The notes under the pieces were generated by a model that worked only from the letters and a program-made list of their open reading frames with translations, did no database searches and was not told where the DNA came from. A stretch of DNA of 63,861 nucleotides, counting the filler, from Barthelona sp. PAP020 (Eukaryota): the NCBI GenBank assembly GCA_040182905.1. It is 3 parts of 3 records of this genome, joined end to end, with 100 filler letters (N's around TTAATTAATTAA, not from the genome) between each part and the next. Parts side by side here need not be neighbours in the genome. Positions count along the whole stretch, not along the records: positions 45,572 to 63,861 come from JARQWU010000227.1; 2 more parts are not named here. One strand, given 5' to 3'. Shown here in pieces: positions 63,757 through 63,861 of this stretch (position 1 is its first letter; each line of letters starts with the position of its first letter). A program made the translations under genes and the position numbers.

Positions 63757-63861
63757 ATGGACATGGACATCACACATTCCATCACACCGATCTTACGAAT
63801 TAATCGACATGTTAATGTGTCTGTGTATTTGTTGAAAGTAGGTCCATTCAACATTTTATTA
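63757..63861 (+). CDS. 5' fragment of a gene running off the window (possible CPSF metallo-beta-lactamase family)
   Basis: MDMDITHSITPIL...VYLLKVGPFNILL is open to the window end and resembles the CPSF2-type N-terminus. Confidence 0.35.
   Translation, partial: MDMDITHSITPILRINRHVNVSVYLLKVGPFNILL

Overview
AT-rich, gene-dense, intron-poor eukaryotic (protist) DNA using the standard code. It consists of three contigs (1-22730, 22831-45471, 45572-63861) joined by artificial 100-nt N+TTAATTAATTAA linkers, so adjacency across the linkers is unproven. Recognisable genes are a BEACH/WD40 protein, FAD synthase, proteasome Rpt2, NPHP1-like, GPI8, WDR31, an FG-GAP/NERD1-like protein, RACK1, RPL35A (spliced, missed by the ORF track), PKD2, Dbp5/DDX19-like, CCDC33-like, FAM21 and SRPRB, plus tRNA-Cys(GCA) and tRNA-Arg(ACG). 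The ciliary genes suggest a flagellate (inference). The most notable items are: (1) a DEK1-like multi-TM calpain with a broken catalytic triad; (2) a duplicated GC-richer cassette made of a kinase-coiled-coil-WD40 gene and a divergent decayed F-box-like relic, linked to a dispersed ~110-bp repeat that also lies next to both tRNAs; (3) a perfect 114-bp inverted duplicate with box C/D motifs; (4) 36-61-nt introns restricted to gene 5' ends, one of which reveals a hidden minimal ThiF/SAE1-like gene; (5) an actin-family pseudogene whose stops all fit transition mutations. All family calls rest on motifs recognised by eye; no searches were run.
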